Made by a program: the position numbers and the translations under genes
Shown: in pieces, positions 40,561 through 54,699 of the stretch
Numbering within the stretch: position 1 is the first letter of the stretch
Layout: each line of letters opens with the position of its first letter
The notes under the pieces: generated by a model
Databases searched by the model: none
What the model was told of the DNA's origin: nothing
Seen by the model: only the letters and a program-made list of their open reading frames with translations
Source: Eledone cirrhosa
Taxonomy: Eukaryota
Assembly: GCA_964016885.1 (NCBI GenBank)
Contig: OZ024746.1
Coordinates: 94,178,001 to 94,242,000 of the forward strand
Reading direction: 5' to 3'
DNA length: 64,000 nt

Positions 40561-40624
40561 TAATAATTGGTGTTAAGATAGTGACATATCTTCATATGAA
40601 CTTAATGGTATAAGTTCAATGAAG

Positions 40625-40679
<55 letters not shown>

Positions 40680-41077
40680 TGTGTACATACATATATACAT
40701 ATGTTTATTGCTTCCACTATTTGCTGGATTCTGGCTACGCATAGACTATCGTTTGATACAGATCAACGCAACACACACAAGAGGGTTACCCTTTTGTTGA
40801 TTTACGACCCAATTCCGCGAGGGATGCGTGAATCCTGATTTCGCTAATTGACACGACGGCTGGGAGACCCTTTCAGGAACTCATATGTCTGCTGGACGCA
40901 CTAGCAGAGGGACTTGTTTTTTCCTACCGGCAGCATATCACAAAATCGAATTTCATCTGAGGATACCACTCTCATAACAACAACAAATGCATGAATTACA
41001 TCTTGATTGCATGGGAGAACCGTTGAAATAATTATAATGAATAAACGATTTATGTAACATCAACATCTTTATTAACG

Positions 41078-41110
<33 letters not shown>

Positions 41111-41374
41111 AACCAGTAAGACCCCCTTACACTTTTGCTTTTTAGCAGAGTGTTCTGAAGCAATAGCCTAACCAGTTGACCACAGACTCTGATGTTACGT
41201 CTCAAACCGAGTGGACTCGAACAATGTGAAATGAAGTGTCTTTCTGAAGACCACAACGGGAATCGAACTAGGAAAACATTTATCTCTGTAGTAATTTAAA
41301 AATAAATAAATATATATAATGTAGAAATACATATTTTTATGTGTTTTATTTTTTCATTTATAAAGAGAAGAAAA

Positions 41375-43000
41375 ACTGTTTCTGTTATAGGCTTAAGGCC
41401 AGCAATATTTTGGTGGAGGGGAAAGTCGTTTGAATCGACTCCAGTGCATTACTGGTACTTTATTTTAACGATCCTATAAGGATGAAAGGCAAAGTTAACC
41501 TCGGCGGGATTTCAACTCAGAACATAAAAGGCCGCAACTCTGTGCAGCAAAACATGCTGTCCAACGCTCTACTGATTCTGAAGCCAAATACCAGTACACT
41601 ACGCCAACTACTTGGCCCCACAAAGTCGACCTGGCACAAGCAGCAACAAATACACCAAGCACTTCATGTGTTGAAGTATCAGCACGCTGCCACCATTAAA
41701 ACCGCGACCCTCCCGCCTTACTGTATAAATGGAACCAGAACTAGAATGAACGTCTGACAGGTTCGACAATCAGTGTTCCAGTTGTTCGATGAACAGCCTG
41801 CTCATGAAATTAACGTGTAAGTGACTGAGCATTCCATAAGCACGTGTGCACTTAATCTAATTCTCAGGGAGATTCATACTGTTGTAATAAGGCTGACTCT
41901 TTGAATTACAGGTACAGACTGGCTTCTAAACAGTTTCTCTCTACCTAACTTAACTCATAGGGGATGGGTCGACTTGAGATCCCATAGAGGGATCGAACCT
42001 GGGAAACATGATTTTGAAACGGACTTCCTAACTATTCTGCCATGCTGGGTCCACATAATGGTTTCTAATTTAGGCACAAGGCCAACATTTTTGGCGGAGG
42101 AGAAAGTCGATTAAATAGACGCCAGTACATTACTGGTACTTTATTTTATCGATCTCATAAGGAAGAAAAGCAAAGCTAACCTCGGCGGGATTTGAACTGA
42201 GAACGTAAAGAGGCGTAACCCTATGCCTACTGCCAAAATATTAATATTACGTACAAGAGTGGTGCATTGACAAAATTGTTAGAGTTTCAGATAAAATACC
42301 TTTGTGGTTTTTGTTCTGGCTCGTTACATTCTAAGTTCAAATACCACAGATGTCAACTTTTCCACGAAAGGTAGTTGACGTCAGTCATCCCTTTTAAAAT
42401 TCATAGCTAAATGCTATCATATCTTTTCTGCCCGTTTGATAAAATCATGTGCATGCGAATGAAGGCACGTCCAGTCACACACTCCATTAATTATGTTCTG
42501 AAGCTGGGAATAACCTGGAATATCTTGCTGTGCTTGATGACATCGATAATGCTAGTGATATAAATAAGTGTTTCTACTTTTGGCACAAGGCCAGCAATTA
42601 TCCCAGTGTATTACTGGTACTTTATTTTATCGACCCCGTAAGGATGAAAGGCAAAGCTAACCTCGGCGGGATTTGAATTCAGAACGCCAAGGGCCGAATC
42701 CTATGTTACCAAGCAGGATGCCCGACGCTCCAATAATTCTACTGCCCTTGCTGGGTCCACATAAGGGTTTCTTATTTAGGCACAAGGCCAGAAGTTTGGG
42801 AGGAGGTGAAAGTCGATTAAATCGACCCCAATGCGTGACTGGTACTTTATTTTACCGACCCCATAAGGATGAAAGGCAAAGCTAACCTCGGCGGAATTTG
42901 AACTCAGAACGTAAAGGGCCGAATACTATGTTATCAAGCAGGATGTCCGACACTCTAATAATTCTACTACCAATTCACCGCCCTTGCTGGATTCACATAA
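41375..43000 (-). mobile_element. Cluster of tRNA-derived SINE copies (about 41375-41580, 42057-42225, 42568-42745, 42762-42985)
   Basis: Family consensus recurs; spacer gctgggtccacataa(t) occurs three times. Confidence 0.8.
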
Positions 43001-43231
43001 TAAAAACTAATTTATCCAACTACAGAATAGAGAAATCATTAGGCTAATTAAAATATTTTCGTGCTGAAAATTACATAATTTAAAAAAGTAAAATATTCCA
43101 TTTCTATTCATATGTAGTTTAAATGTTAAGTGATTAAATAAGCGGATATCATTAACGTTTAATCAGTGTAGTTTTGTCTTTAAATTAAATGACGCCACTC
43201 TGACTCTGTGTGTCTGTCTCAGCCCCCCCCC

Positions 43232-43274
<43 letters not shown>

Positions 43275-43325
43275 CGTATATATATGTTTATATTGTTTAA
43301 ATATATATCTTTATATATATATATA

Positions 43326-44745
43326 TAAAATCAAAAGATAGTTAAAAGAGTTCCATGTATTTTATTATGCGCATTTCAAAAACAAATATCATCATGGGAT
43401 GATATTTGCGTTCTCATCAGATAAAATAGGGAGACATGATATGAAGCTTAAAAAACACTTGCGAGCAGTGAAGTGTCAAATCAACATATGAAAAATAAAA
43501 TTAGAGGGATATATGAGATTGGAAAAAAGGAAAGAAAGGGGGAAAGAAAAGGTAAGGAAAAGGAAGAAAAAATATAGATAGAAAACAAAATATAATAATA
43601 AGGAAAAGATGACGGATTTATTTTCGCTCTGTTTGCATAAATCCCATAGAACTTTCCATAAAGTATACAGCTAATATATTACTACCTAATTAGTTTAAAA
43701 TCTTTTTCTCAAACACTTTTATATTTTTTACAAATATACCCATCTTTCTACCTTATTTCAGTATATTATACAATATTACTCATACTATGTCGTTAACGGT
43801 CCCCTAATTTTTCTTCTTTTTTTTAATTTCTAATCTTTAATCTGCAACTTTTACTTCTCAATTACTTCTTAATTCATCTTATAACTCACTATAGCATTTT
43901 CCTTATATTCTCGGCCATACAAATTTTTATTTTTAATATATACTAATATTACCGTTAGAGAAATTTTGTAAACATTTTTTTTTTTGACGTTATATATTTT
44001 TTCTTCCTTGAATTTTTTCTTTCTTATCTCTTTCTATGCTCGTATTAACTCTATTATTTACTTTTTCCTATTACAATATATTGAAACAAACTCGGACCCT
44101 AATTAATTCCTCTAAGTTCATAATTCATTTAACCTTATCTTCATTCACCTTATCTTCTTAATATATTTTATTTTAATAATACATTTTAATAAATTCCTTT
44201 TCGCACATCTTATTAAACCCTTCAATATATAAACCTTAAATAAATAGTATTCTTAATTCCTTTTTCTTTAATCATAAGCATCACCATTCATAAACCTCAT
44301 TAACTTTTAATTTAATAATTTTTTTAAATTATGTATTATCTTACAACGGTTTTTTTAAATTTTTCTCTCTGAGACAGTGTTTCTCAGTAGTAAAGGTCAT
44401 CTCTCTTTCTCTCATTCATTTTCTCCTCCTCTCTCATCCTTCCTTCTTATACTCCTCCTCCGTCATCCTTTCCTTATTATTATATATTTTTTCTTCTATC
44501 TATATTTTTTCTTCCTCTTCCTTACCTTTTCTTTCCCCCTTCCTTTCCTTTTTTCCAATTTCATATATCCATCTTACTTTATCTTTCATATGTTGATTTA
44601 ACACTTCACTGCTCGCAAGTGCTTTTTAAGCTTCATATCATGTCTCCCTATTTTATCTGATGAGAACGCAAATACCATCCCATGATGATATTTGTTTTTG
44701 AAATGCGCATAATAAAATACATGGAACTCTTTTAACCAACTTTTG

Positions 44746-44752
<7 letters not shown>
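43326..44752. mobile_element. Head-to-head PLE-like insertion with ~290-bp inverted arms and hammerheads (43360-43428 -, 44649-44719 +)
   Basis: tattttat-CTGATGA-gaacgcaaata...tatttgtttt-t-GAAA-T-GCGC-A-TA-ataaaata. Confidence 0.82.
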
Positions 44753-44781
<29 letters not shown>

Positions 44782-44874
44782 CATATATATATATATTACT
44801 CTTTTACCTGTTTCAGCCATCCGGCTGAGGCCATGCTGGGGCACCGCCCTTATATATATATATATATACATATA

Positions 44875-45293
44875 TAAAATATTAAAAAAATAATGAATAA
44901 AACAATGAAGCAGTTCCTTATATTAAACAAAAAAAGTTCATTATTTAACGATCGTTTCTAGGATATATATGTGTTAGAATTGGCATGCATATTCAACAGA
45001 TCTATGTACAAAATTATACAAAATTATACAAACTATCAAAATTAAATATACATACCAAACACATATATATGCCGTCTTCAGAAATAATGATTATTTCTGA
45101 AGACGGCATATATATGTGTTTGGTATGTATATTTAATTTTGATAGTTTGTATAATTTTGTACATAGATCTGTTGAATATGCATGCCAATTCTAACACATA
45201 TATATCCTAGAAACGATCGTTAAATAATGAACTTTTTTTGTTTAATATAAGGAACTGCTTCATTGTTTTATTCATTATTTTTTTAATATTTTA
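44875..45293. mobile_element. Near-perfect ~420-bp palindrome of two long-stem-II hammerheads (44940-45088 -, 45090-45228 +)
   Basis: attattt-CTGAAGA-(about 106 nt)-GAAA-CGATCG-TT-aaataat; centre at 45089. Confidence 0.8.
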
Positions 45294-45428
45294 TCTTGAC
45301 TCTGTATTCCGTTTATCTTTCACCGAAAGTGATTTTTCATTGCATCTCTTCTTTCCATGATATCCGGATTACATTGAGTTCTTCATACGGATTGGACACT
45401 ACCGTAAACTCTTGGTAGATTTATCTAC

Positions 45429-45493
<65 letters not shown>

Positions 45494-46164
45494 AATTAGG
45501 ATAGAACCAGTTTAAAACTAGTTAGACCATTACTCATCAGAGTACTCATTACTTGTTGTAGTAGTGTGTGGATACATTATAAAGAGTTGGGAACCCGACG
45601 GTTGGGCCCATCTCCTTTCAGATCTCAATATAGCAGATTTCCTCAAGAGAAGGATAGTGAGTGAATGGAACTGAAAAAGTGATATACGAGAATAATCTAC
45701 CCCAGTACTAGACTGGTACTTTTATCGACTTTGAAAGGAAGAAAAGCAAAGTTGACCTCGGCGAGATTTGAACTCAGAGAGTAGAGATCTTAAACAAATA
45801 TCGCAAAGTATTTTATCCGAAGATGTAACCATTCTGCCAATTCTCCGCCTTCTATTTTGTATATTATATTGTAAATAGAAAGATAAGGGGTCGAATGTCA
45901 AATCAGACTAAGGAAACAATATTTCAGTTGTTCTTTCTATTAATATCTAGCTATTGCATTACCTGGCAGAAGGATCAACTTGAAATAACCTATTTTATTC
46001 AAGATCACAACATACCACCTGGTCCAGGAATAGAGTCCATGATCATACGATATCACGAATGTCAGATAATCGGACAAGTTGGATAAATTCTCGTGGAACT
46101 GGTTGAGTTTGAGCCAGTTGAATCCAATTTTATTCCACAGTATTATTTGATAAGAACCTACTTC

Positions 46165-46340
46165 GCAGTATAGAGTTACGGCTCTTTACGTTCTGAGTTC
46201 AAATCCCACTGAGGTTAACTTTACCTTTTATCCTTAAGCGGTCGGTAAAATAAAGTATCAGTCACGTACTGGGGTCGAGTTAATTGACCTTCTCCCCGCC
46301 CCAAATTGCTGGCCTTGTGCCTACATTAGAAACCATTATT
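46165..46340 (+). mobile_element. tRNA-derived SINE
   Basis: gagttcaaatcc B-box plus central domain. Confidence 0.75.
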
Positions 46341-46348
46341 TGATAAGT

Positions 46349-46387
46349 ACTTCACTGATGAAGTCATACGTCCGAAACATCTGAAGT
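46349..46387 (+). ncRNA. Degenerate minimal hammerhead
   Basis: acttca-CTGATGA-agtcatacgtcc-GAAA-CATC-tgaagt. Confidence 0.55.
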
Positions 46388-47958
46388 TGTGCTCCGAAAT
46401 TGCTGAACTAATTTATATAACATTAATCATTAACTAATATTTTTTCTCATCGTATAGCTATTTCGAGATAGTTCTTTTATTAATGTTCTCTACATTAAAT
46501 ATATTAACTTTATCTTCACTTGCTAGAGCTATATGAATATGAAAATTTGGGTGGTGCTACAAATAATTAGGTTACAGAACTCATTAACATCCTTATTTAT
46601 AAAGAAAAACTGCGTCAGCTTTCATCTTTAGAGTAAAGTGTCTAACTGCACTGATTGTTTTCTGTCGGATTTTCCGGAAGAGAAAAAAAGAAAATATTAA
46701 TACTCATGGCCTACATATGCTATCTTTCCGGATGAGTAATGTTCTGTTTCGCCTTTTAAAATAATCTTTGTCAGTTCAATATGGACACATTTCCACTCTC
46801 ATCTGATGCATATCTTTGTGGGTCAATGCAGCCGTATGTCATCAACTTAATTCTCAGAGAATGGAAGATATTTGAATTGTTAGAAATTCCTGTCATTTCT
46901 CATTATTTTTAGCAGGAATAATCCACTAAACTCTATTTTTACTAGAGAATATTTTTGTGAAGTCGAAATAATCGCCCGGGCGTTAGTAAAATGTTTGAAA
47001 CGCTTTAAAACAGAAATTTAGTTGTTTAACTGCCTCTTCTCTCATACACATTTCCTTTTTTTTTTTGTTTCTCATTCACATCCACCCCCACACATGTACC
47101 CTGCTCTAGAAACAACAACACAGAACACATATTAGCAAATAAACACCAAATAATGCAGCAACATATAAAAATGGTAAAACTGAAGTAATTAATCTTGAAG
47201 ACGATCTCTTATTCGCTATACCTTCGTATTTCGACAGCAAGATAGAATTGTCTTTATTTTGCAAAATCTAAGGTCGTTAAAGGAAAACCTGGAAGGAATT
47301 AGCCCAATAAATTTGTCTGGAATGTAGAACAAACTCTCTAAATGGTCAGTCATCCATAAGATGACAGTGCTGATAATAATAATAATTGTTTCTACTTTTA
47401 GCACAGGGCCAGTAATCTGAAGGGGAGGGGAAAGTCGATTAAATTGACCCCTGTGCATTACTGGTACTTTATTTCATCGACACCGGCGGGATTTGAACTC
47501 AGAATGTAAAGGGCCGTAACTCTATGCCGCAAAGCAAATCCCGCCGGGGTCGATTTACTCTTTCTCTCTACTGACCTCTTCCTCGCACTCCCACTCACTC
47601 AGTCCCTGTTTCTCCCCTTCTTTCTTCCTCCCGTTCGCTGGGAAAACGGTTTTCATTCTTTCTAACACCGGATTCACTAGCGAAAGGTCTGTTTCTGACT
47701 CGCTCATATATTCACACAGCTTATACTGAAAGAATAACTATGTTGCTTGTGTTTATTTCCATCTTCGGTTAGCTTCCCCCTGTGTTGTTTACTTGTCTCA
47801 CTCGCTTTACGCGTTTCTATTGTCCTAATAACTTATTTTAGTTATTATCGCTCCAACGTGAGGTATATGATTTTTAATGCGATGAAATACCAATGATCGG
47901 GACTCATTTCATAACATGTTATCCATGTGCAACCAGCAGTATTCTTCTCACCCATATT

Positions 47959-48004
<46 letters not shown>

Positions 48005-48011
<7 letters not shown>

Positions 48012-48438
48012 TAAACGGAATAGAAAATGCTGACAAATTGTTCACAGTTGAAAAATGGTTTAATTAGGAATAAAAGAGTATTAGTAATTGTATGGGTTAG
48101 CATTCAGTTGTGGTTTTAAGTTTTTAAGTTTTTACCGGTTGCGCATTTCTAAATGCTTTTCAAAAATAATTTTGAGATAGAGTGTCCGTGTTGTTTGCTC
48201 TGATCTGAGCAAACAACACGGACACTCTATCTCAAAATTATTTTTGAAAAGCATTTAGAAATGCGCAACCGGTAAAAACTTAAAAACTTAAAACCACGAC
48301 TGAATACTAACCCATACAATTACTAATACTCTTTTATTCCTAATTAAACCATTTTTCAACTGTGAACAATTTGTCAGCATTTTCTATTTCGTTTACCAAT
48401 ATATAATAACTTGTGTGTTACACCTCCATTCTTTTAAC
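48005..48438. mobile_element. ~400-bp palindromic PLE-like insertion in (TA)n
   Basis: Arms meet at about 48203. Family also at 8860-9059 and 49213-49431. Confidence 0.75.
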
Positions 48439-48469
<31 letters not shown>

Positions 48470-48475
48470 TTTATT

Positions 48476-48540
48476 TATTTTATCTGATGAAAGCACACCA
48501 TAATTTAACTTGGTGTCCTTGAAATATGTATAATGAAATA
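48476..48540 (+). ncRNA. Minimal type-I hammerhead ribozyme
   Basis: tattttat-CTGATGA-aagcacacca...tggtgtcctt-GAAA-T-ATGT-A-TA-atgaaata. Confidence 0.75.
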
Positions 48541-48670
48541 AATGTGGTTTTATAAATATAGTTTCCATTTGTTAATATCGTATTTTTACTCCAATTATTT
48601 GTTGAGTGCTTTATATCAGTTATAAAAATATTTGCTTGTTGTATCCCAACAATTTAAATAGAACTTTTAC

Positions 48671-48725
<55 letters not shown>

Positions 48726-48884
48726 TTAAAACAATGACTTCATGCAGAATAGACCCCACAACTTACTGTGGATACCTCTGTGTATATATATATGTATGTA
48801 AAAGGTAAACAGAAATAACAACACAATCGGTACAGTATATGGAAGGTATATATTAGGTTAACGCTTGATATAGCAGGAAGAGGG

Positions 48885-48924
48885 TCTCTTAACGTTTCGG
48901 ACGCTAGTCCTTCATCAGAAGAAA
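48885..48924 (-). ncRNA. Minimal hammerhead with loopless palindromic stem III
   Basis: tttctt-CTGATGA-a-ggac-tagc-gtcc-GAAACGTT-aagaga; lies within inverted insertion 48725-49190. Confidence 0.75.
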
Positions 48925-49187
48925 GAATGAGAAATAAAATAGATTGAGGGGACGGGCGGGATGGAATTGGAAAAAATGTCTTTAGATAAAAATAACAGGT
49001 CCATTCATGTTGACATCTCTTGCAACGTTTAAGCAGAGCTGGAATAAGCAAATAAATGTGTGAATGAAAGAGTTACAAGCCGTTAAAACATTTCTTTATA
49101 TAGCTCTGGTGTGGTGTGATGGCGGTGGAGCTATATAAAGAAATGTTTTAATGGCTTGTAACTCTTTCATTTACTCAGTCATTTGCT

Positions 49188-49218
<31 letters not shown>

Positions 49219-50639
49219 ATAGAGGTGTAACATACGAGTTATGATATATTGGTAAACGGAAAAGAAAATGCTGACAAATTGTTCACAGTGAAAAATAGTT
49301 TAATTAGGAATAAGTGAAAATTAGTAATAGTATTGGTTAGTATTCAGTTTTGATTTTAAGTTTTATCGGTTGCGCATTTCTAATGCTTTTCAAAAATAAT
49401 TTTGAGATAAAGCGTCCGTGATGTTTGCTCTAGAGCAAAGTTAAATATATTTCAATTCATGAGTATTACTCCATTGTATGGGGCTATGTAAGCCCTCGGT
49501 CAATTGCATTCTTTGCCGTATTCGTTTGTGTGTGAGTATGTGCATATATGAATATGTGTATGTGGGGATATATATTCCCTCTCCGGCTTCTTTCTCTTAG
49601 ATTGTGGCCATGCTGGGGCAGATAATTTTGTCATATATTCGATAACAATGACCCCTATAACTTAATTTATTGACCAGTGAAGGATGATAGGCGCAGAAGA
49701 CCTGAGTGGGATTTGAACTCAGAAAGTTAAATGGCATAATCAAATACCACAAGGCATTGCCACCCACCTTCCATCGGCTTTGCCATTCACACGCTTTATG
49801 TCATATTTTAGAAGTTGGTATTTTTATTTCTTCTTCATAGATCGGTCGTTTTCTTTTTATTTTCATATCTGTTTCTACGTAACAACATCTAAATTTTGTT
49901 TTATAATTCCCGAAAATATTCAAATATATGCATAATAAGCCGACAGGAAAATATAACTGGATCAACTGATTTCAATTATTTTCACCAGATGGCGCTGACA
50001 TTTCGATGGAAGTATTTTTTCATCACTATCACCCCGACCAAAACCTTGATGACGACGGCGACGATGACAACCACCACCACCACCACCACCACCACCACCA
50101 CTATCCCCACTACCACCACTACCACACCACCACCACACCACCACCATCACCACCACCACCACCACCACCACCACTATCATCACTACCACCACTACCACAC
50201 CACCACCACTACCACACCACCATCACCACTACCACACCACCACCATCACACCACCGAAACCACCACCACTATCACCACTACCACAACATTACCACATCAC
50301 CAGAACCACCACCACCACCATCACCACAGTCACCACCGCAGTCACAACCACCACAGCCACCACCACCACCAACAACAAAAACAACAACAACATCACCACC
50401 ACCACCACCACTCCATATACACACAAAGCTATTCATCTTACAGCGCTGATGTGATTTGCATTTATGCTAGCTTGACAAATTCATGCATCGTATATTTTAA
50501 CTTCATATTTCAGCGCAGCAAATCTCATTGCAGCTGGGATGCAAACGTTTCCACAGAATGACTAATGGACACCAATCCTGCAGCGGCAGTAACGACAACA
50601 ACAACAACAACAACAATGGAATAACAACAACTGAAACAA

Positions 50640-51140
50640 ATAATTGTTTCTACTTTAGGCACAAGGCCAGCAATTTTACGGGCGGGCGGGTGGTGGAAAG
50701 TCGATTAAATCGACACATCCCAATGCATGACTGATACTTTATTTTATCGACCCTGTAAGGAATGAAAGGCAAAGCTAAATTCGGCAGGATTTGAAATCAG
50801 AACGTTAATGGACGTAACTCTATGCCACGAAGCATAGTATCCGACGCCCTACCGATTCTGCCAACTCACAATAAGTATCACGAGTCACACGTAGGAAACG
50901 CCTAAGTGCTCCCTTGATTTGCGAGAAATGGTAGCCAAATCTTCCTTACAACCAGAAAAATAATATACATATTGAATGAGATAATTGTTTCTACTTTTGG
51001 CACAAGGCCAGCAATTATCCCAGTGTATTACTGGTACTTTATTTTATCGACCCCGTAAGGATGAAAGGCAAAGTTAACCTCGGCGGGATTTGAACTCAGA
51101 ATAGCAAGGGCCGTAACTCTATGCTGCAAAGCATGTTGTA
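50640..51140 (-). mobile_element. Two tRNA-derived SINE copies
   Basis: Second copy is flanked by an atgagataat duplication. Confidence 0.8.
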
Positions 51141-51684
51141 TGAGATAATGTAGTCCTGGCTGCAATTTGAAATGTTACTCTGAATTTCATATTGCAGATT
51201 ATTCAAAAGATTGTAGAAGGGAAGCAATGAGATAAAAAACATACAAAAGACATTCGTAAACGCATCGAAATATGATTAGTTATCGAGATTTGATTGGTTG
51301 TCTTTAAACGAATGCCGGAAAACGTACGAAAGCTTAAGCTATTCAATTATCATATGCAGAACACGTGATATATTCATCTATTCCAATAAAAGAACATGTG
51401 ATATTTTCAAGTCTTTAGTATCATATGTTTAAAATACACAGAGCGAGTTATTAGTATCGATAAATACTATGTGATAATCTTTCAAGGTTTGGCAAATCTA
51501 TTATGTGAAAATAAAACGTTCTGATTTCAAATCATTAAGCTCGTAGTTTGAATTTCTCCAATAGATATTTAAGTAATCGAATGCTAGAACTCATGAATTC
51601 CGAATATGTTGTTATACGTATCCGTGGGACAAACTCTACACATTCTAGAGCCATTAATATAGGGCTTAGGTGTATTATATTGGG

Positions 51685-51993
51685 CCAGTCGGATTTATAA
51701 TTGTTACTATTATCATCCTTTAAACTGAAGATAAACTTAGTGAGGAAACGATGTGCCTGTCGACGTGTGCCCCCCCCCCCCCCCCCATTTTACATATCAA
51801 AGTTAGCTTGGTACAAGTAAATGAAATTGAAAAGTTATACATACAGGTATCAAATTCAAAAATTCTAACCATCCTAAAATCAAAATGCCCAGCTTAGGGC
51901 ACAAATAAATTGCTACTGCCGTCGTTGGTGTGACCCCACTGCAGGGGGCCCCGGAGCAATTGCCCCCCCCCCCCTCCATTAAATCCGGCTCTG
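51685..51993. mobile_element. Possible degenerate hAT-type MITE
   Basis: Imperfect terminal inverted repeats cagtcggattta ... taaatccggctctg. Confidence 0.35.
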
Positions 51994-52780
51994 GAATGCA
52001 TACATATCTTACTACAAACTAAGCTTTATGTTGCTTTTCATCTCACTGGAATTTGCAAAGGAGACATTTGTTCGATAAACTAATGAGAGGGCAAATATTG
52101 AGTTGATACAGAGGAGAAAAGTACTGTGATGTCGTCGAAGAAATTTGTGTTTTGGTTATACTGGCAGGAAGGTTTTTTTTTCTCTGCTGTCATCTGTCAT
52201 AATAAATGTCAAATGGCGATGAGCTGGATTCGCCGAGAAATAGTATATAGACATCGCATAAAATTCTATATGTATTTATAGATTAAGTGCTATAAATTTA
52301 CGATTTGTCTCTCATCACTTATTCCACTGGACAGTGTTTGACTTATGTCAGACGCTGTGGGTGGACCAGCAGTACCTTTGGTAAGAATCGAAACTACCAA
52401 AGTCCATCTTAACGGCCGATGACCCTGGAGTTCTGTGTCCTTCGTTTGTATTTTTATATAAAAAAAAAAAAAAAAAAATAAGGCTTCCCTTAAAAAATCG
52501 TTTTTCCTTTTGCCTTGTTTCCGTTGGTTGTCTATTCGAAGTCCACGTTGCCTTTTAATATTTTGAGGTGTTGATGAAGAAATTAGCAATCCTGTAATGG
52601 TACAGTTCTTTGTCCTTCCAGCTGTCACATTCTAGATGTTCGGTTGGATCAGAAGAGGAAGAGTTGAGAAGGTTTCTGTGTCTGTTCGCAACTGTATGGA
52701 CACCTAAATCCCTTAGCAAAAGCATGGTGCATACTACTAAGTCATACTGGATTGCAAGTCACGATTATAGTTTTACAAAA

Positions 52781-53005
52781 TTCTTCTTCTTCTTCTTCTT
52801 CGCTCATTTATTCCTGAGAGGGATATGGGGGCAGAGTCCTCAAACATTCCCTCCAGCGTGTCCTGTCAGAAGCATCCATCTCCAACTAATCTTGCTGGAT
52901 CCCCAAGCGTGACCAGCTAGACTCATGGATGTTATCCAACCATCTTTCTCGGGTCTACCCTTGCGTCTCTGCCGGTTGGTTTTGCCCGTAAAATCTGTCC
53001 AGCGA
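52781..53005 (-). mobile_element. RTE 3' end with (GAA)n tail
   Basis: Homologous to 14520-14720. Confidence 0.75.
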
Positions 53006-53069
53006 CAGATATCTGATCAAATGTTACCTCCCATAACTTTGGGTTGTCTCAGCAACTTGGGGATAGTGG

Positions 53070-54363
53070 TAGAGATAAGATTTGTTTGTCAAGCTCAGTA
53101 TTTAACTGGTACTTTATTTTATTGAAACCAATGGAATGAAAGGTTAATCTGAGTTGGAATAAATATCACAAACCATGTACCCGACGCTCTAGCAATTCAA
53201 GCAATCCATCGCTATTAAGTTGTGAATAAATAATTGTTTCTACTTTTGGCACAAGGCCAGCAATTATCTCAGTGTATTACTGGTACTTTATTTTATCAAC
53301 CTCGTAAGGATGAAAAGCAAAGTTAACCTCAGCGGGATTTGAGAGCAAAAAGGGCCGTAACTCTTTGTTGCAAAGCATGTCGTCCGACCCTCTACCGATA
53401 CTGCCAATTCAGCGCCAAGTTGTGAATAAATAGTGATTTCTTATATGGACACAAAGCCAGAAATTTTGAGGGGAGGAGAAAGTCGATTAAACCGAGTCCA
53501 GTTCGTTACTGGTACTTTATTTTATTGATCCCGTAAGGATGATAAGCAAAGCTAACCTCTTTGAACTTAGAACATAAAAGGACGTAACTCTGTACCGTAA
53601 AGCATATTGTCTGACGCTCTACCGATTCTGCTACCCCACCCCTTTTAAACAATATCTAATAATGGTTTCTTATATAGGCAGAAGGCCTGCAATTTTAGGG
53701 GAGGGGAAAGTCGATTAAATCAACCTCAGTGTATTACTGGTACGTTCTGAGTTCAAATCTCACCGAGATTAGCTTTGCTTTTCTTCCGTAAGGAGGATGA
53801 TAAAGCTAACGTCGGTGAGATTTGAACACAGAACGTAAAGAACCGTAACTCAGTGCTGCTAAGCATGTTGCCTGACGTTCTCACGGTTTTGGCAATCCCC
53901 CGCTATCAAGTTATGAACAAATAATGATTTCTATTATAGGCACAAGGCTAGCAATTTGCGGGGAGAGGGAAGTCAATTAAGTCGAGCCCAGTGCATTACT
54001 GGTACTTTATTTTATCGACTCCGTAATGATGAAAGGCAAAGCTAACCTCGGCGTGATTTGAACTCAGAACGCAAAGGGCCGTAACTCTATGCCGCTAAAC
54101 AATTTGTCCGACGCTGTAACGATTCTGGCAATCCTCCGCTATCAAGTTGTGAATAAATAATTGTTTCTACTTTTGGCACAAGGCCAGCAATTACCCAGTA
54201 CATTACTGGTACTTTATTTTATTGACCCCGTAAGGATGAAAGGCAAAGTTAACCTCGGCGGGATTTGAACTCATATTGGAAAGGGCCGTAACTCTATGCA
54301 TCAAAGCATGGCGTCCGACCCTCTACCGATACTGCCAATCCACCACCCTTGTGAATAAATAAT
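53070..54363 (-). mobile_element. Stack of at least 6 same-orientation SINE copies
   Basis: Spacer TTGTGAATAAATAAT (up to 2 mismatches) at 53220, 53420, 53911, 54147 and 54349. Confidence 0.85.
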
Positions 54364-54624
54364 ACAACACCACTATGACTGAATGCTAAATTTATTTTCT
54401 TTCTATTAGTTTGATCTATTGTGAAAGGAAAAGTCCGTGATACGTAATATAGTCTCTCTGGAGTTGTGATTTCATTAGCTAATGAGAGCAGCAATTCTGG
54501 TTGTCTGGGAAAACTTACGATGGAAATAGCCAATAAAATAATTGCTTTCTGATTTCAGTAATACAAAGTAAGAGAAAAAAGTCAAGGCTATAAACGAAAC
54601 TTTCTGAGAGACTGAAGATTTATA

Positions 54625-54692
<68 letters not shown>

Positions 54693-54699
54693 GTGTATA

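Noticed and set aside
43620-44460. Coding remnant between the inverted arms
   Set aside because: Too AT-rich and degenerate to translate into a recognisable domain by eye.
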